DNA of 64,000 nucleotides from Lachnospiraceae bacterium (lineage in GTDB: Bacteria > Bacillota > Clostridia > Lachnospirales > Lachnospiraceae), in the NCBI GenBank assembly GCA_051877855.1, contig JBJEJH010000052.1:1041-65040 (forward strand). The letters run 5' to 3'. This document shows positions 7,898-19,116 of the stretch, in pieces. Numbering within the stretch: position 1 is the first letter of the stretch; every line of letters begins with the position of its first letter. The position numbers and the translations under genes were made by a program. The notes beneath the pieces are model-generated. The model saw nothing but the letters and a program-made list of their open reading frames with translations. It was not told where the DNA came from and made no database searches.

Positions 7898-9130
7898 TTA
7901 AATTCTGTGAATAAAGATACCACTGCGCAACTTTGGCTCAAACCATGTAGACTTCGGTGGCATTAAAAGTCCCGCATCTGCTACATCAAAGAGTTCTCCG
8001 ATGGAGGTTGGATACATAGCAAAGGCAACCTTCATATCACTTTCGGCTCTGCGCTCTAATTCCGATAAGCCACGAATTCCACCGATGAAATCAATTCTCT
8101 TATCGGTTCTCGGATCACCGATACCAAGTACCGGTGTGAGAAGTTCCCGCTGAAGGATGGCCACGTCAAGCCCCTCCACAGGATCCTTTGAAAGAATCTC
8201 TTTCTTCGCTGTAAGCATATACCACTGTCCCTCAAGATACATGCCGACATCGCCCTTTTTCGCAGGCTTCGCCTGAACCCCTGACACCTTCACTTCGAAC
8301 TTTTCCTGAACCTTTGCAAGGAACTGTTCCTTAGAAAGTCCATTAAGATCCTTAACCACACGATTGTAGTCCATAATCATTAACTGTTCATCCGGGAACA
8401 GTACGGATAAGAAGAAGTTAAACTCCTCCTGCCCTGTATAGCCCGGATTAGTTTCCCTTCTCTTTAAACCGACCTTTACCGCCGAAGCCGCACGATGATG
8501 ACCGTCTGCGATATAGATCTGTCCGATTCCCTCAAATGCTTTCTGAATTGCCTCTACAGAAGATGCATCGGAAATCTTCCATACCGCATGGCGGATACCG
8601 TCCTCCGATACAAAATCATACAGTGCGGGCATACCCTTAGCCTTTGCCACTTCTGCATTAATTACCTCGTTGGCACGATATGCAAGGAAAATCGGACCCG
8701 TCTGGGCGCTACAGATATCCACGTGATTGATACGGTCAACTTCCTTGTCCGCACGGGTATTTTCATGCTTCTTAATCACATTGTTCATATAATCATCAAT
8801 GGATGAACATGCCACGATACCGGTCTGGGAACGACCATTCATTGTAAGTTCATACACATAATAGGCCTTATCCTCATCGGTAACAAATGTTCCATCCGCT
8901 ACCATACCCTCCAGCAATTCCTTTGCCTTCTGATATACCTCCGGTGCATAGGTATCCACCGAATCATCAAACTGTGTCTCCGCACGGTCAATACGAAGGA
9001 AAGAAAGTGGATTCTTTGCTACAACTTCCTTTGCCTCACTACGGTTATACACGTCATAAGGAAGAGCTGCCACCTGGGCTGCCTGCTCTACATTGGGTCT
9101 GACACATACAAAAGGTTTTACTACTGCCAT
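7898..9130 (-). CDS. DUF1015-family protein
   Basis: MAVVKPFVCVRPN... N-terminus, a length of 410 aa, and IADGHHR are typical of DUF1015. Confidence 0.7.
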   Translation of the reverse strand: MAVVKPFVCVRPNVEQAAQVAALPYDVYNRSEAKEVVAKNPLSFLRIDRAETQFDDSVDTYAPEVYQKAKELLEGMVADGTFVTDEDKAYYVYELTMNGRSQTGIVACSSIDDYMNNVIKKHENTRADKEVDRINHVDICSAQTGPIFLAYRANEVINAEVAKAKGMPALYDFVSEDGIRHAVWKISDASSVEAIQKAFEGIGQIYIADGHHRAASAVKVGLKRRETNPGYTGQEEFNFFLSVLFPDEQLMIMDYNRVVKDLNGLSKEQFLAKVQEKFEVKVSGVQAKPAKKGDVGMYLEGQWYMLTAKKEILSKDPVEGLDVAILQRELLTPVLGIGDPRTDKRIDFIGGIRGLSELERRAESDMKVAFAMYPTSIGELFDVADAGLLMPPKSTWFEPKLRSGIFIHRI

Positions 9131-9180
9131 AATTGATTCCTCCTAAGGTTTTTCTCCATAATTTTTTTTTTATATTACAT

Positions 9181-10470
9181 TTACTCCTGATGTTCTGTTG
9201 AAATCTCATCCAGAAGTTCAAAATAATTTTCAAAGGTCTTTCTGCAGCATGACGGATTCTTGATGACAATCCCCGCCGTCATAAGTCCCGGAATAGCAAA
9301 GGCCATCGCCAGACGATGATCCTCATGGGTCTCGATGCAACAAGGTTTCACCTCACCGGGATAGATGCTAATCTCATCCTCCCCAGCCTCACAGGTAATT
9401 CCCATAGCGGTGAGATTTTCCTCGATTGCTGCCAGACGATCGGACTCCTGCAGACGGATATGGGCTATGCCATGAATATGGGTCACGGTCTTTGCAAAGG
9501 GTGCAATCGCCGCCAAGGTCATGGTCTGGTCCGAGAAATCATTCATATTGACATCGATTCCCGTTAGTCCCTCTTTCGGTCCCGTAACCCGGATTCCATC
9601 CGGGGTATCTTCCACGCTGCAGCCCATTTTCTTTAATACATCAAGGAACTTCATGTCCCCCTGCATCAAACCTTCGTGGACATGATTTACCACCGCACTG
9701 CCGCCGGTTACGGCCGCCATGGCATAAAAATAACATGCCGCGGATACATCCGGTTCCACGATATATTTTCCTGCCTTGTAGGCCTGCCCACCGGCAATGT
9801 GATAATCCTTCCCATCATAATCCACGTGACAGCCAAACTCCTCCATCATCTTTCGAGTAATCCGGATATAGGCACCGTCCGTCTTCTCACTGGTAATATG
9901 AATATCCAGCCCCTTTGTCATCATCGGTGCTGTCATCAGGAGCGCACTTAGAAACTGGGTACTCTTGCTGATGTCAACATTTGCCTTGCCACAAGATGCC
10001 GAATTACCCTTCACGCGAACCGGAAGAAATCCTTCTTCCTTAAGATATGTAAATTCTGCTCCCATTTCTGACAATGCATCAAACAAAGGCTTCATAGGAC
10101 GCTTCTGCATTTGTTCCGATGCATCGATAACATATTCTCCATCCGATAACGCAAGCATCGCCGTCAAAAATCGCGCTGCGGTTCCTGCACTGCCCACATA
10201 GATCTTACCGGTCTTTTGTGGCAGCCGCCCCCCAAGTCCTCGCACTGTAGCCTGACATTTTTCCTCCGAATAGTCCACCTCATATCCCAGAGACTTTAAA
10301 GAGCTTAGGAAATATCTGGAATCATCACTAAAAAGAATCCCCTCCAGTGTGGTTACTCCATCGGATAATGCCGCCATCAAAAGAGCCCGGTTGGTCATAC
10401 TCTTAGAACCCGGGACCGTCACATGTAAATCGCAGGGCCTATTGATCTTCTTAACTTCATATGTATTCAT
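9181..10470 (-). CDS. aroA: 3-phosphoshikimate 1-carboxyvinyltransferase (EPSP synthase)
   Basis: VPGSKSMTNRALLMAAL and EDHRLAMAF motifs; 429 aa. Confidence 0.9.
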   Translation of the reverse strand: MNTYEVKKINRPCDLHVTVPGSKSMTNRALLMAALSDGVTTLEGILFSDDSRYFLSSLKSLGYEVDYSEEKCQATVRGLGGRLPQKTGKIYVGSAGTAARFLTAMLALSDGEYVIDASEQMQKRPMKPLFDALSEMGAEFTYLKEEGFLPVRVKGNSASCGKANVDISKSTQFLSALLMTAPMMTKGLDIHITSEKTDGAYIRITRKMMEEFGCHVDYDGKDYHIAGGQAYKAGKYIVEPDVSAACYFYAMAAVTGGSAVVNHVHEGLMQGDMKFLDVLKKMGCSVEDTPDGIRVTGPKEGLTGIDVNMNDFSDQTMTLAAIAPFAKTVTHIHGIAHIRLQESDRLAAIEENLTAMGITCEAGEDEISIYPGEVKPCCIETHEDHRLAMAFAIPGLMTAGIVIKNPSCCRKTFENYFELLDEISTEHQE

Positions 10471-10517
10471 CGTTCACTCCATTTATTGCACAGCATTTGA
10501 AATACTGTCAATCCTGC

Positions 10518-10548
10518 CAAACAAAACGCCCGGCATTACCGGGCGCTT
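10518..10548 (-). terminator. intrinsic terminator after pyk
   Basis: Minus strand AAGCGCCCGG-UAAUG-CCGGGCGUU followed by UUGUUUGG. Confidence 0.65.
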
Positions 10549-10598
10549 ATTCTTTTCTATTATTCTATCATTTCCCGATTGAAAAATAAACTAAAATA

Positions 10599-12032
10599 TT
10601 ACTCAATCGTCACAACGCGCATGATATTGGAAATACCCTTCTGGGCATTCTTGGACTTGGTTGTCGGAATACCTGCCGTAACAACAACCGTATCCCCCTC
10701 TTCAACCAACTTAGCCTTCTTAATGGATTCCACCGCATGACGCATAATGTTGTCTGTTGAGGTCTCCTGAACAGACTTCATTGGCTTAACACCCCAGTAG
10801 ATCTGCATCTGGCGAAGAACCGAATCATTCGGTGACATACCGATAACCGGCATTTCCGGCTTATACTTAGAGATAACTCTTGCGGTAAATCCTGAAATGG
10901 TTGGTGCTATAATCGCCTTCGCATCCAGATTCACAGCAGTTGTAACCGATGCATAACTTACTGCACCGGAAATTGTCTGCTTTGCATGAATCTTACCTGC
11001 CTTGAGGAACTGCTCATAATTCATATGCTTTTCTGTGGACTCTGCAATCTGAGCCATCATTTTAACCGCCTCTACCGGATACTTACCTGCAGCCGATTCA
11101 CCGGAAAGCATAACTGCATCCGTACCGTCATAAATGGCATTGGCAACGTCGGTAACCTCTGCACGGGTAGGTCTTGGATTACGCATCATGGAATCCAACA
11201 TCTGTGTGGCAGTGATAACCGGTTTGAACTTCTCATTACACTTGCGGATAATCATCTTCTGAACATGAGGAACCTCCTCCGCAGGAATCTCTACACCCAT
11301 ATCACCACGGGCAACCATAATACCATCCGCTGCTTCGATAATCTCATCAATATTATCAATACCCTCTGCATTTTCAATCTTAGCAATAATCTTGATATCT
11401 GCATTGTACTCTCTTAAAATATCACGAATCTCATGAATACTTACTGCATTTCTTACAAAGGAAGCCGCAATAAAATCAAATCCCTGCTCAATACCGAAAA
11501 TGATATCTGCACGGTCCTTTGCCGTAATACCCGGAAGATTAATGGAAACATTCGGAACATTTACGCCCTTCTTTGCGCCAAGTTCACCACCGTTAACGAT
11601 ACGACATACAATATCGGTCTCATTGGTAGATTCAACGCACAATTCAATCAGACCATCATCAATGAGAATCTTTCCACCAACATGTACATCCGCAGGAAGC
11701 CCTTCGTATGTAATATGACCAATCTTGTCATTTCCGACAACATCCTTTGTGGTTAATGTATAGGTATTACCCTCTACCAGCGTAACCTTCTTATCGCCCT
11801 CTAATACACCGGTACGGATCTCCGGTCCCTTGGTATCCAGAAGCATGGCAATTGGAAGTCCCAATTCCTCGCGGACACTCTTCACAAGGTCAACACGACC
11901 TTTTTGCTCCTCATGATCTCCATGGGAGAAGTTAAATCTTGCAATATCCATACCGTTTAAAGCAAGCTGCTTTAACACTTCACGGTCATTGGTATTCGGT
12001 CCCATTGTACAAATAATTTTTGTTCTTTTCAT
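10599..12032 (-). CDS. pyk: pyruvate kinase
   Basis: MKRTKIICTMGP..., MVARGDMGVEIP and related motifs. Start set at the ATG at 12032, 8 nt after AGGAG. Confidence 0.93.
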   Translation of the reverse strand: MKRTKIICTMGPNTNDREVLKQLALNGMDIARFNFSHGDHEEQKGRVDLVKSVREELGLPIAMLLDTKGPEIRTGVLEGDKKVTLVEGNTYTLTTKDVVGNDKIGHITYEGLPADVHVGGKILIDDGLIELCVESTNETDIVCRIVNGGELGAKKGVNVPNVSINLPGITAKDRADIIFGIEQGFDFIAASFVRNAVSIHEIRDILREYNADIKIIAKIENAEGIDNIDEIIEAADGIMVARGDMGVEIPAEEVPHVQKMIIRKCNEKFKPVITATQMLDSMMRNPRPTRAEVTDVANAIYDGTDAVMLSGESAAGKYPVEAVKMMAQIAESTEKHMNYEQFLKAGKIHAKQTISGAVSYASVTTAVNLDAKAIIAPTISGFTARVISKYKPEMPVIGMSPNDSVLRQMQIYWGVKPMKSVQETSTDNIMRHAVESIKKAKLVEEGDTVVVTAGIPTTKSKNAQKGISNIMRVVTIE

Positions 12033-12134
12033 TATCATATCTCCTAAAATATATTCTTAAATTTATCAATTCGTTCACCGGGAGAAAGAACCGGAATCGT
12101 TTCGGTATTTCCTCCATCCCTTTGCAAACGGAAT

Positions 12135-13034
12135 TTACTCTTCTGCCCAATCTTTTAAAGCTTTGACCACATGCTTATGTGTATACAGATGTTCCTCACA
12201 ATATTCATAAGCACCCTCGCATTTTGAGCAATATCTGAAAACAATATCTTCGCCGTCTTTCTCGGTCTTACCGCACACCGCACAGCGATGCTTAACCGCT
12301 TTCGCCGTCGCCTTAACCTTATTCTGGTAATCTGCCTTACGCTTCATTTCCATCGGTGATATTCTCCGATAATTTCTGGTCAGACCGTAGAAAACAAAGA
12401 AATTAAGCAGGGACACCAGCGCTGCTGTTGCATACACCGGAGATGGCATAATACCAATCGCATAGAATCCATACAACATATTTGCCGGTAGAATTCCTCC
12501 AAAAAATCCTGCAAAAATCGTCAGTCCAAAATAAATCATGTCCAGATAGGCAAGCCACTTGATCTTAATCGGGATCAAAAAGAACAACAACAGTTCCATA
12601 TCTCCCGCCAGGGTGGCAAATGCAAGGAACATTGACATATTGAGATAATAGGTATCAAAAGCAAAATTCACATGGAATACAAAATAAATAACCAAGGCCG
12701 CAATGACATGCATTGCCCATCCAAAGAGCAGGTACATGTTAAAACGAAAGGCACCCCATGCATTTTCCAGTACATTTCCGATAACATAATAAAAATACAG
12801 TGAAAAGAATATAAAGAAGAGACTTAAGTTTGGCGGTCCCATAATAAAAGTAAACAGACGCCAGACTTGTCCCCGAAGTACCATTGCAATATCCAAGGCC
12901 AGATAACGACTGTAAAAGCCATTGCCAAAGGCCTCCAAAACAAAACCTATCGCATACAGTATAATCAGATAATACATCAGATTATGCACTGCATATCGTG
13001 AATACTTGCGTTCCAATCGATTAAACCACTTCAT
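12135..13034 (-). CDS. rhomboid-like polytopic membrane protein with a C-terminal Cys/His zinc-ribbon tail
   Basis: GQVWRLFTF... then ...G..LE..WG resembles rhomboid TM2. No GxSG or TM6 His is evident. The tail reads CAVCGK...CSKC...C..H...H.H. Confidence 0.45.
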   Translation of the reverse strand: MKWFNRLERKYSRYAVHNLMYYLIILYAIGFVLEAFGNGFYSRYLALDIAMVLRGQVWRLFTFIMGPPNLSLFFIFFSLYFYYVIGNVLENAWGAFRFNMYLLFGWAMHVIAALVIYFVFHVNFAFDTYYLNMSMFLAFATLAGDMELLLFFLIPIKIKWLAYLDMIYFGLTIFAGFFGGILPANMLYGFYAIGIMPSPVYATAALVSLLNFFVFYGLTRNYRRISPMEMKRKADYQNKVKATAKAVKHRCAVCGKTEKDGEDIVFRYCSKCEGAYEYCEEHLYTHKHVVKALKDWAEE

Positions 13035-13212
13035 GCCCTTCTAACCCCGCCTTATACTTCGCTCATATAAACTGCATATACATAGTATATATTTTAAATG
13101 TGAAAATATCCAAAATCATTATAAATTAGGATAACATTGTTTGTCAACGAACACTTTTTCTTGAAATTTCGACATAATTGTACTATAATTTTATGGTCTA
13201 TGGAGGTATGTT

Positions 13213-16200
13213 ATGAATACAGAGTACAAATTAGGAATTGATATAGGTTCTACTACAGTTAAAATTGCCTTATTAGATGACCAGAATGAAATTATTTTTT
13301 CTGATTATCAAAGGCATTACGCCAATATACAAGAGACTCTCGCGACACTTCTCGGCACTGCAAAAATGAAACTCGGTGATATCACCGTGCATCCGGTCAT
13401 TACCGGTTCCGGCGGCCTTGCACTGGCCAACCACTTAGAGGTGCCATTTACTCAGGAAGTTGTAGCCGTTTCCACCGCATTACAGGATTACGCACCCCAG
13501 ACGGATGTTGCCATCGAGTTAGGCGGCGAGGATGCCAAGATTATTTATTTTACCAATGGTATCGACCAGCGTATGAATGGTATCTGTGCCGGTGGTACAG
13601 GTTCATTCATCGACCAGATGGCTTCTCTTCTTCAGACGGATGCCACCGGTCTGAATGAGTATGCCAAAAATTATAAAGCGATCTATCCGATTGCTGCCCG
13701 TTGCGGTGTATTTGCCAAGACGGATATCCAGCCATTGATTAACGAAGGCGCTACCAAAGAAGACTTGTCCGCTTCGATTTTCCAGGCGGTTGTAAACCAG
13801 ACCATCAGTGGTCTCGCCTGCGGTAAACCAATCCGCGGAAATGTTGCATTCTTAGGTGGTCCATTGCATTTCCTGTCGGAATTAAAGGCTGCATTTATCC
13901 GTACTTTAAATCTTCAGCCGGAAAATGTTATTGCACCGGACCACTCCCATCTTTTTGCCGCAGTTGGTTCTGCCATGACCTTTAAACCGGAAGTCAGCAC
14001 CCAGATTGATACCTTGATCCGGCGTCTTTCGGACAAAATCAAGTTAGACTTCGAAGTTGCCCGCATGGAGCCGCTTTTTGCAAACCAGAAAGAATATGAT
14101 GATTTCTGTGAACGCCACAACTCACACAGCGTTGCTACAGATGATCTATCTACATATGAAGGTGATTGTTTCATCGGAATCGATGCCGGTTCCACTACTA
14201 CCAAGATTGCTTTGGTCGGTGAAGACGGACGTCTTCTCTACTCCTTCTACAGCAACAACAACGGTAGTCCACTGGCTACAGCCCTTCGCTCTATTAAGGA
14301 AATCTATTCCTTACTGCCACCGACGGCACAGATTGTACGTTCCTGCTCCACAGGTTACGGTGAGGCTTTAATTAAAGCGGCCCTTCTTCTGGACGAGGGC
14401 GAGGTAGAGACCGTGTCCCATTACTACGCTGCCGCCTTCTTTGATCCGGCAGTGGACTGTATCATCGATATCGGCGGACAGGATATGAAATGCATCAAGA
14501 TTAAGAACCAGACGGTAGATTCCGTTCAGTTAAATGAAGCTTGTTCTTCCGGTTGCGGATCTTTCATCGAAACCTTTGCCAAATCCCTGAACTATGAGGT
14601 TAAGGATTTTGCCAAGGAAGCATTATTCGCACCTCATCCGATTGACCTTGGAACACGTTGTACCGTATTTATGAATTCCAAGGTAAAACAGGCACAGAAG
14701 GAAGGCGCTTCGGTTGCAGATATTTCTGCCGGACTTGCCTACTCCGTTATCAAAAATGCCATTTACAAGGTTATCAAAGTTACGGATCCTAAGGACCTTG
14801 GTTCTCACATCGTGGTTCAGGGTGGTACTTTCTATAATGATGCCGTTCTTCGAAGCTTTGAGAAGATTACCGGTGTCCATGTTGTACGCCCGGACATTGC
14901 CGGTATCATGGGTGCTTTCGGTGCGGCTCTCATCGCCAGAGAACGATACAAGGGTCAGCCAACCACCATGCTTACCATCGATAAGATCAACGAGCTTACA
15001 TTTGACACCAAGATGGCTCGCTGCAAGGGATGTACCAACCAGTGTCATCTTACCATCAACCGTTTCTCCGGTGGCAGACAATACATCACCGGTAACCGTT
15101 GTGAACGTGGACTTGGCAAGGAAAAGAACAAGGAAAATATACCAAATCTTTTCGAATACAAGAACAAACGTCTCTTTACTTATGAATCCTTAAGTGAGGA
15201 CGAAGCCACCCGTGGCATCGTAGGTATTCCAAGAGTATTAAATATGTACGAAAACTACCCTTACTGGCATACCTTCTTTACGAAGCTCGGATACCGCGTA
15301 GTTCTTTCGCCGGAATCCAATCGTAAGATCTATGAATTGGGTATCGAGTCCATTCCAAGTGAATCCGAGTGTTATCCTGCGAAGCTTGCACACGGACATG
15401 TCACCTGGCTGATCCGCAATGGTGTGAAGTTCATCTTCTACCCTTGCGTGCCTTATGAACGAAATGAATTTCCGGATTCAAACAATCACTACAATTGTCC
15501 GATTGTCACTTCTTACGCAGAAAACATTAAGAACAATGTGGAAGAATTAAGATCCAATGACATCCAGTTCATGAATCCATTCTGCGCATTTACTTCGGAG
15601 GAAATTCTCACCAATCGACTGGTGGAGGTATTTAAGGGTGTGATTCCTGCCTCCGAAATCAAGGCAGCTGCCAAGGCTGCCTGGTTTGAATTAGAAAACT
15701 GTCGGGATGATATCCGTGCCAAGGGTGAGGAAGTTCTTCAATATATGAAGGAAACCGGAAGACGGGGTATCGTTCTTGCCGGACGTCCATACCATGTAGA
15801 TCCGGAAATCAATCACGGTATTCCGGAATTGATCAACTCCTACGGTATTGCTGTATTAACAGAGGACTCCATCGCGCATCTTGGCGATGTAGAGCGTCCG
15901 TTAATCGTTATGGACCAGTGGATGTACCACTCTCGTCTCTACGCTGCAGCAAGCTATGTTCGCACGCAGGACAACTTAGATCTGATTCAGTTAAACTCCT
16001 TCGGATGTGGTCTTGATGCCGTAACAACCGATGCCGTAAATGACATTCTCACAAGTGCAGGCAAGATTTACACGGTATTAAAGATTGACGAAGTAAACAA
16101 CTTAGGAGCGGCAAGAATTCGTATCCGTTCATTACTTTCTGCCCTTCGTGTACGAGACAACAATAACTATCAGCGTGAAGTAACCGAATACGGCTTAAAG

Positions 16201-17454
16201 AGAGTCCTCTTTACCGAGGAAATGCGTGATAATTACACCATTCTCTGCCCTCAGATGGCTCCGCTTCATTTTGAAATATTACAGCCGGCACTTCAGAAGT
16301 GCGGCTATAACATCGTTGTTCTGGATAATGATAATAAAAATGCCGTGGATGTAGGATTAAAGTACGTTAATAACGACGCCTGCTATCCTTCTCTCATGGT
16401 GATCGGTCAGGTTATGGATGCGGTACTTTCCGGAAAGTATGATATGCACAAAACGGCCATCATCATGTCACAGACCGGTGGCGGATGTCGTGCTTCCAAC
16501 TATATCGGTTTCATCCGTCGTGCACTGGAGAAAGCCGGATACGGCTACGTTCCTGTAATCTCCTTAAACGTGTCCGGTTTGGAAAAGAATCCGGGATTCA
16601 CATTTACTGTCGAGCTGATTAAAAAGGCATTGATGGCCATCGTCTACGGTGATATCTTTATGAATGTTATCTATCGTACCAGACCTTATGAGGCCGAACC
16701 GGGCAGTGCCAATGCACTTCATGCCAAGTGGCGTGAGAAATGTATCGCCCAGATTACCAAGCCAAAGGTAAGCTACAGCGAATTTAGTAAGATTTGTCGT
16801 CAGATTGTGGAAGATTTTGATCATCTTCCTCTGCTGGATATCAAGAAACCAAGAGTTGGTGTCGTTGGTGAGATTCTTGTTAAGTTCCTTCCGGCAGCCA
16901 ATAACTACCTGGTAGATCTTCTCGAATCCGAGGGGGCTGAAGCTGTTGTGCCGGATCTTATGGGATTCTTAGAGTACTGTGCATACAACCAGAACTTCAA
17001 GACCGATTATCTTGGATTCAGCAAGAAGGCAAAGTTTGCCAACAATCTCGCCATTGAACTGATGGAATACTTCCGTAAACCGGCTAAGAAGGCTTTAGCT
17101 GCAAGTAAACGTTTTGATGCTCCTGCCACAATCCGTGAAACTGCTTCGGTTGCCGAGGATATCGTATCGATCGGAAACCAGACCGGTGAAGGATGGCTCC
17201 TTACCGGTGAAATGGTTGAATTAATTCACCAGGGCGCACCAAACATCGTATGCTGCCAGCCATTTGCCTGTCTTCCGAATCATATTGTGGGCAAGGGTGT
17301 CATCAAGAATCTTCGATTAAAACATCCGGAGGCAAATATCATTGCTGTGGATTACGATCCGGGTGCCAGTGAGGTAAACCAGCTGAATCGAATTAAGCTG
17401 ATGCTCTCTACGGCACAGAAGAATCTGGCAAAAGAAAATAATGCATCAAAATAA
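13213..17454 (+). CDS. BadF/BadG/BcrA/BcrD-type ATPase fusion (acyl-CoA dehydratase activase-related), 1413 aa
   Basis: Two activase-type ATPase modules ([14 protein letters not shown]..., [15 protein letters not shown]...) are followed by a long C-terminal region resembling the DUF2229/CoA-enzyme-activase extension. TTGAAA-17-TATAAT promoter upstream. Confidence 0.8.
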   Translation: MNTEYKLGIDIGSTTVKIALLDDQNEIIFSDYQRHYANIQETLATLLGTAKMKLGDITVHPVITGSGGLALANHLEVPFTQEVVAVSTALQDYAPQTDVAIELGGEDAKIIYFTNGIDQRMNGICAGGTGSFIDQMASLLQTDATGLNEYAKNYKAIYPIAARCGVFAKTDIQPLINEGATKEDLSASIFQAVVNQTISGLACGKPIRGNVAFLGGPLHFLSELKAAFIRTLNLQPENVIAPDHSHLFAAVGSAMTFKPEVSTQIDTLIRRLSDKIKLDFEVARMEPLFANQKEYDDFCERHNSHSVATDDLSTYEGDCFIGIDAGSTTTKIALVGEDGRLLYSFYSNNNGSPLATALRSIKEIYSLLPPTAQIVRSCSTGYGEALIKAALLLDEGEVETVSHYYAAAFFDPAVDCIIDIGGQDMKCIKIKNQTVDSVQLNEACSSGCGSFIETFAKSLNYEVKDFAKEALFAPHPIDLGTRCTVFMNSKVKQAQKEGASVADISAGLAYSVIKNAIYKVIKVTDPKDLGSHIVVQGGTFYNDAVLRSFEKITGVHVVRPDIAGIMGAFGAALIARERYKGQPTTMLTIDKINELTFDTKMARCKGCTNQCHLTINRFSGGRQYITGNRCERGLGKEKNKENIPNLFEYKNKRLFTYESLSEDEATRGIVGIPRVLNMYENYPYWHTFFTKLGYRVVLSPESNRKIYELGIESIPSESECYPAKLAHGHVTWLIRNGVKFIFYPCVPYERNEFPDSNNHYNCPIVTSYAENIKNNVEELRSNDIQFMNPFCAFTSEEILTNRLVEVFKGVIPASEIKAAAKAAWFELENCRDDIRAKGEEVLQYMKETGRRGIVLAGRPYHVDPEINHGIPELINSYGIAVLTEDSIAHLGDVERPLIVMDQWMYHSRLYAAASYVRTQDNLDLIQLNSFGCGLDAVTTDAVNDILTSAGKIYTVLKIDEVNNLGAARIRIRSLLSALRVRDNNNYQREVTEYGLKRVLFTEEMRDNYTILCPQMAPLHFEILQPALQKCGYNIVVLDNDNKNAVDVGLKYVNNDACYPSLMVIGQVMDAVLSGKYDMHKTAIIMSQTGGGCRASNYIGFIRRALEKAGYGYVPVISLNVSGLEKNPGFTFTVELIKKALMAIVYGDIFMNVIYRTRPYEAEPGSANALHAKWREKCIAQITKPKVSYSEFSKICRQIVEDFDHLPLLDIKKPRVGVVGEILVKFLPAANNYLVDLLESEGAEAVVPDLMGFLEYCAYNQNFKTDYLGFSKKAKFANNLAIELMEYFRKPAKKALAASKRFDAPATIRETASVAEDIVSIGNQTGEGWLLTGEMVELIHQGAPNIVCCQPFACLPNHIVGKGVIKNLRLKHPEANIIAVDYDPGASEVNQLNRIKLMLSTAQKNLAKENNASK

Positions 17455-17500
17455 AAAAGGGTCTTTCGCTTCACGATACTCAGAAGCGAAAGACCCTTTT
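17455..17500. terminator. bidirectional intrinsic terminator between convergent genes
   Basis: 18-bp perfect stem AAAAGGGTCTTTCGCTTC / GAAGCGAAAGACCCTTTT, with A and T runs on either side. Confidence 0.8.
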
Positions 17501-17543
17501 ACACGATCTTATATAATGGGCGTTTGCGAAACGAACTCATCCC

Positions 17544-18452
17544 CTACTCCTTTCGCACTGCCACATATTTCTCGTAGATCATCTGTGGATTATAGGACAA
17601 CTTGGCCTGACGAAGACCTTCTAATCCCATGTCATCTTCACGGTTCACATACTCATACTGACCAAGTAAGGTATGTTCTGCAAATTGCTGATTGATAGCC
17701 GCATAAATTCCCACCACATCATCCAGCGCCTTTTCAAAATGGGTTACAAAAGTATTGAAAGAAAGACGCTCCCCTATGGTAAATGCCTTAACATCGCCAT
17801 CCACCCGGATCAGTCCACCCTCAAAACCAAATTCTTCATAATGATCCAAGGCCGCATCAATAATGCCCGATTCATAAGCAAGGGAATCGGAAAAGATTCC
17901 TCTCTCTTTATGTCTACGCATCCATTCATTCTTCATTTCCCTACACTCTTCGATATTATCCCCACAGATTTCTTCATAGGAATAATTACTATAGCTCTTA
18001 CGGAATTGATTGAGATGATTCTTTTTCTTATGATACTTTCCACCACTTAAAGTTGCCAGCTTTTCCACGGAATAAATGTAATCGCAGTGGTCACGATCCA
18101 TTGTAAATTCATAGGAAAGAGCAGGATCCCCCGTGGCGATCATCTCATCCTTCATTGTCTCTGTGAGGCAGGTAATTGCATAGGTCTTACCAAATTTTTT
18201 AGCGTCCTGATCAATAAACTGTAAAATGGTGCTTACTTTACCATGAAAATCCGGTGTACAGTAAATCACTTCATTGTCTAAAGGTAATCGGTAAAGCAGC
18301 ACGTCCTCCACCAAAGCATACTCCATCTTACCTTCCCTGTCCCACAGGATATTGTTTCCAAAGCTAAATTCACAACACAGATTATCATTATGCATCAGGT
18401 ATTTTCTTATTGTTTCACGATCTTCCATCGTAATCTTCTTAAATTCTGTCAT
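17544..18452 (-). CDS. DUF2156-domain protein (LPG-synthase C-terminal-like)
   Basis: The N-terminus ...CCEFSFGNNILW... and a length near 300 aa are typical of DUF2156. Confidence 0.6.
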   Translation of the reverse strand: MTEFKKITMEDRETIRKYLMHNDNLCCEFSFGNNILWDREGKMEYALVEDVLLYRLPLDNEVIYCTPDFHGKVSTILQFIDQDAKKFGKTYAITCLTETMKDEMIATGDPALSYEFTMDRDHCDYIYSVEKLATLSGGKYHKKKNHLNQFRKSYSNYSYEEICGDNIEECREMKNEWMRRHKERGIFSDSLAYESGIIDAALDHYEEFGFEGGLIRVDGDVKAFTIGERLSFNTFVTHFEKALDDVVGIYAAINQQFAEHTLLGQYEYVNREDDMGLEGLRQAKLSYNPQMIYEKYVAVRKE

Positions 18453-18456
18453 TCAT

Positions 18457-19104
18457 TTAATATGGAATAAAACCGTAAATACGGATTCCATTCGACTTTT
18501 TCAACTTCTCATCATAGAGATAAAAAAGTCCACACTCCTTATTATTTTCAAAAAATCGCTTTAACATTTCATTGGCATCTTCCGGACAATCCCGGTTATC
18601 ATCTTCCGTACTTAATTCCTCGAATACATATTCCCTGATTTTTTCATCAAAGAAGAGATTCTCTCTTTCTGCAGCGTAAGCCTTCACGTTGAAATCAAAT
18701 TGTTCATAAAAGTGATATAGTTTCCCGTCTGCCGGCATCAAATACAAAAAACTGCAACCAAGTTTCTCTCCCTGCACTACAGCCTCCCTGATCAGTTTAC
18801 TCATAATGCCCCTGTTTCGATATTCTTTCCTCGTTGCAAGAGCATAAAGATAAGCTCCCCGTATGTCAACGTTTCCATCATGGGATAATGCCTTAGGTGA
18901 TACCTTCTCACCCTCCCCGGACACATATCTGCAGGGAATCATATTCAACATGGAAACGACTTGTCCATCTTCCCGGTACACGAGAGTTTTCTTCTGATTC
19001 ACCAATTCCGCGAAGAACTTCTTTGCAAAGTATTCCTCATGAAATGATTCTTCCCACAAGGATACCAAATTATTTATATCACTTTCATTTGCATACCCGA
19101 TCAC
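18457..19104 (-). CDS. GNAT-family N-acetyltransferase
   Basis: RKEYRNRGIMSKLIREAV matches the acetyl-CoA binding motif (R/Q-x-x-G-x-G/A type). Confidence 0.65.
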   Translation of the reverse strand: MIGYANESDINNLVSLWEESFHEEYFAKKFFAELVNQKKTLVYREDGQVVSMLNMIPCRYVSGEGEKVSPKALSHDGNVDIRGAYLYALATRKEYRNRGIMSKLIREAVVQGEKLGCSFLYLMPADGKLYHFYEQFDFNVKAYAAERENLFFDEKIREYVFEELSTEDDNRDCPEDANEMLKRFFENNKECGLFYLYDEKLKKSNGIRIYGFIPY

Positions 19105-19116
19105 GGACTCACCTGC

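Noticed and set aside
9162-9171. T10 homopolymer between aroA and the DUF1015 gene, considered as a possible phase-variable tract.
   Set aside because: It is a single modest homopolymer in an AT-rich spacer. It is not inside a coding frame or between recognisable -35/-10 elements, so nothing supports slippage control.
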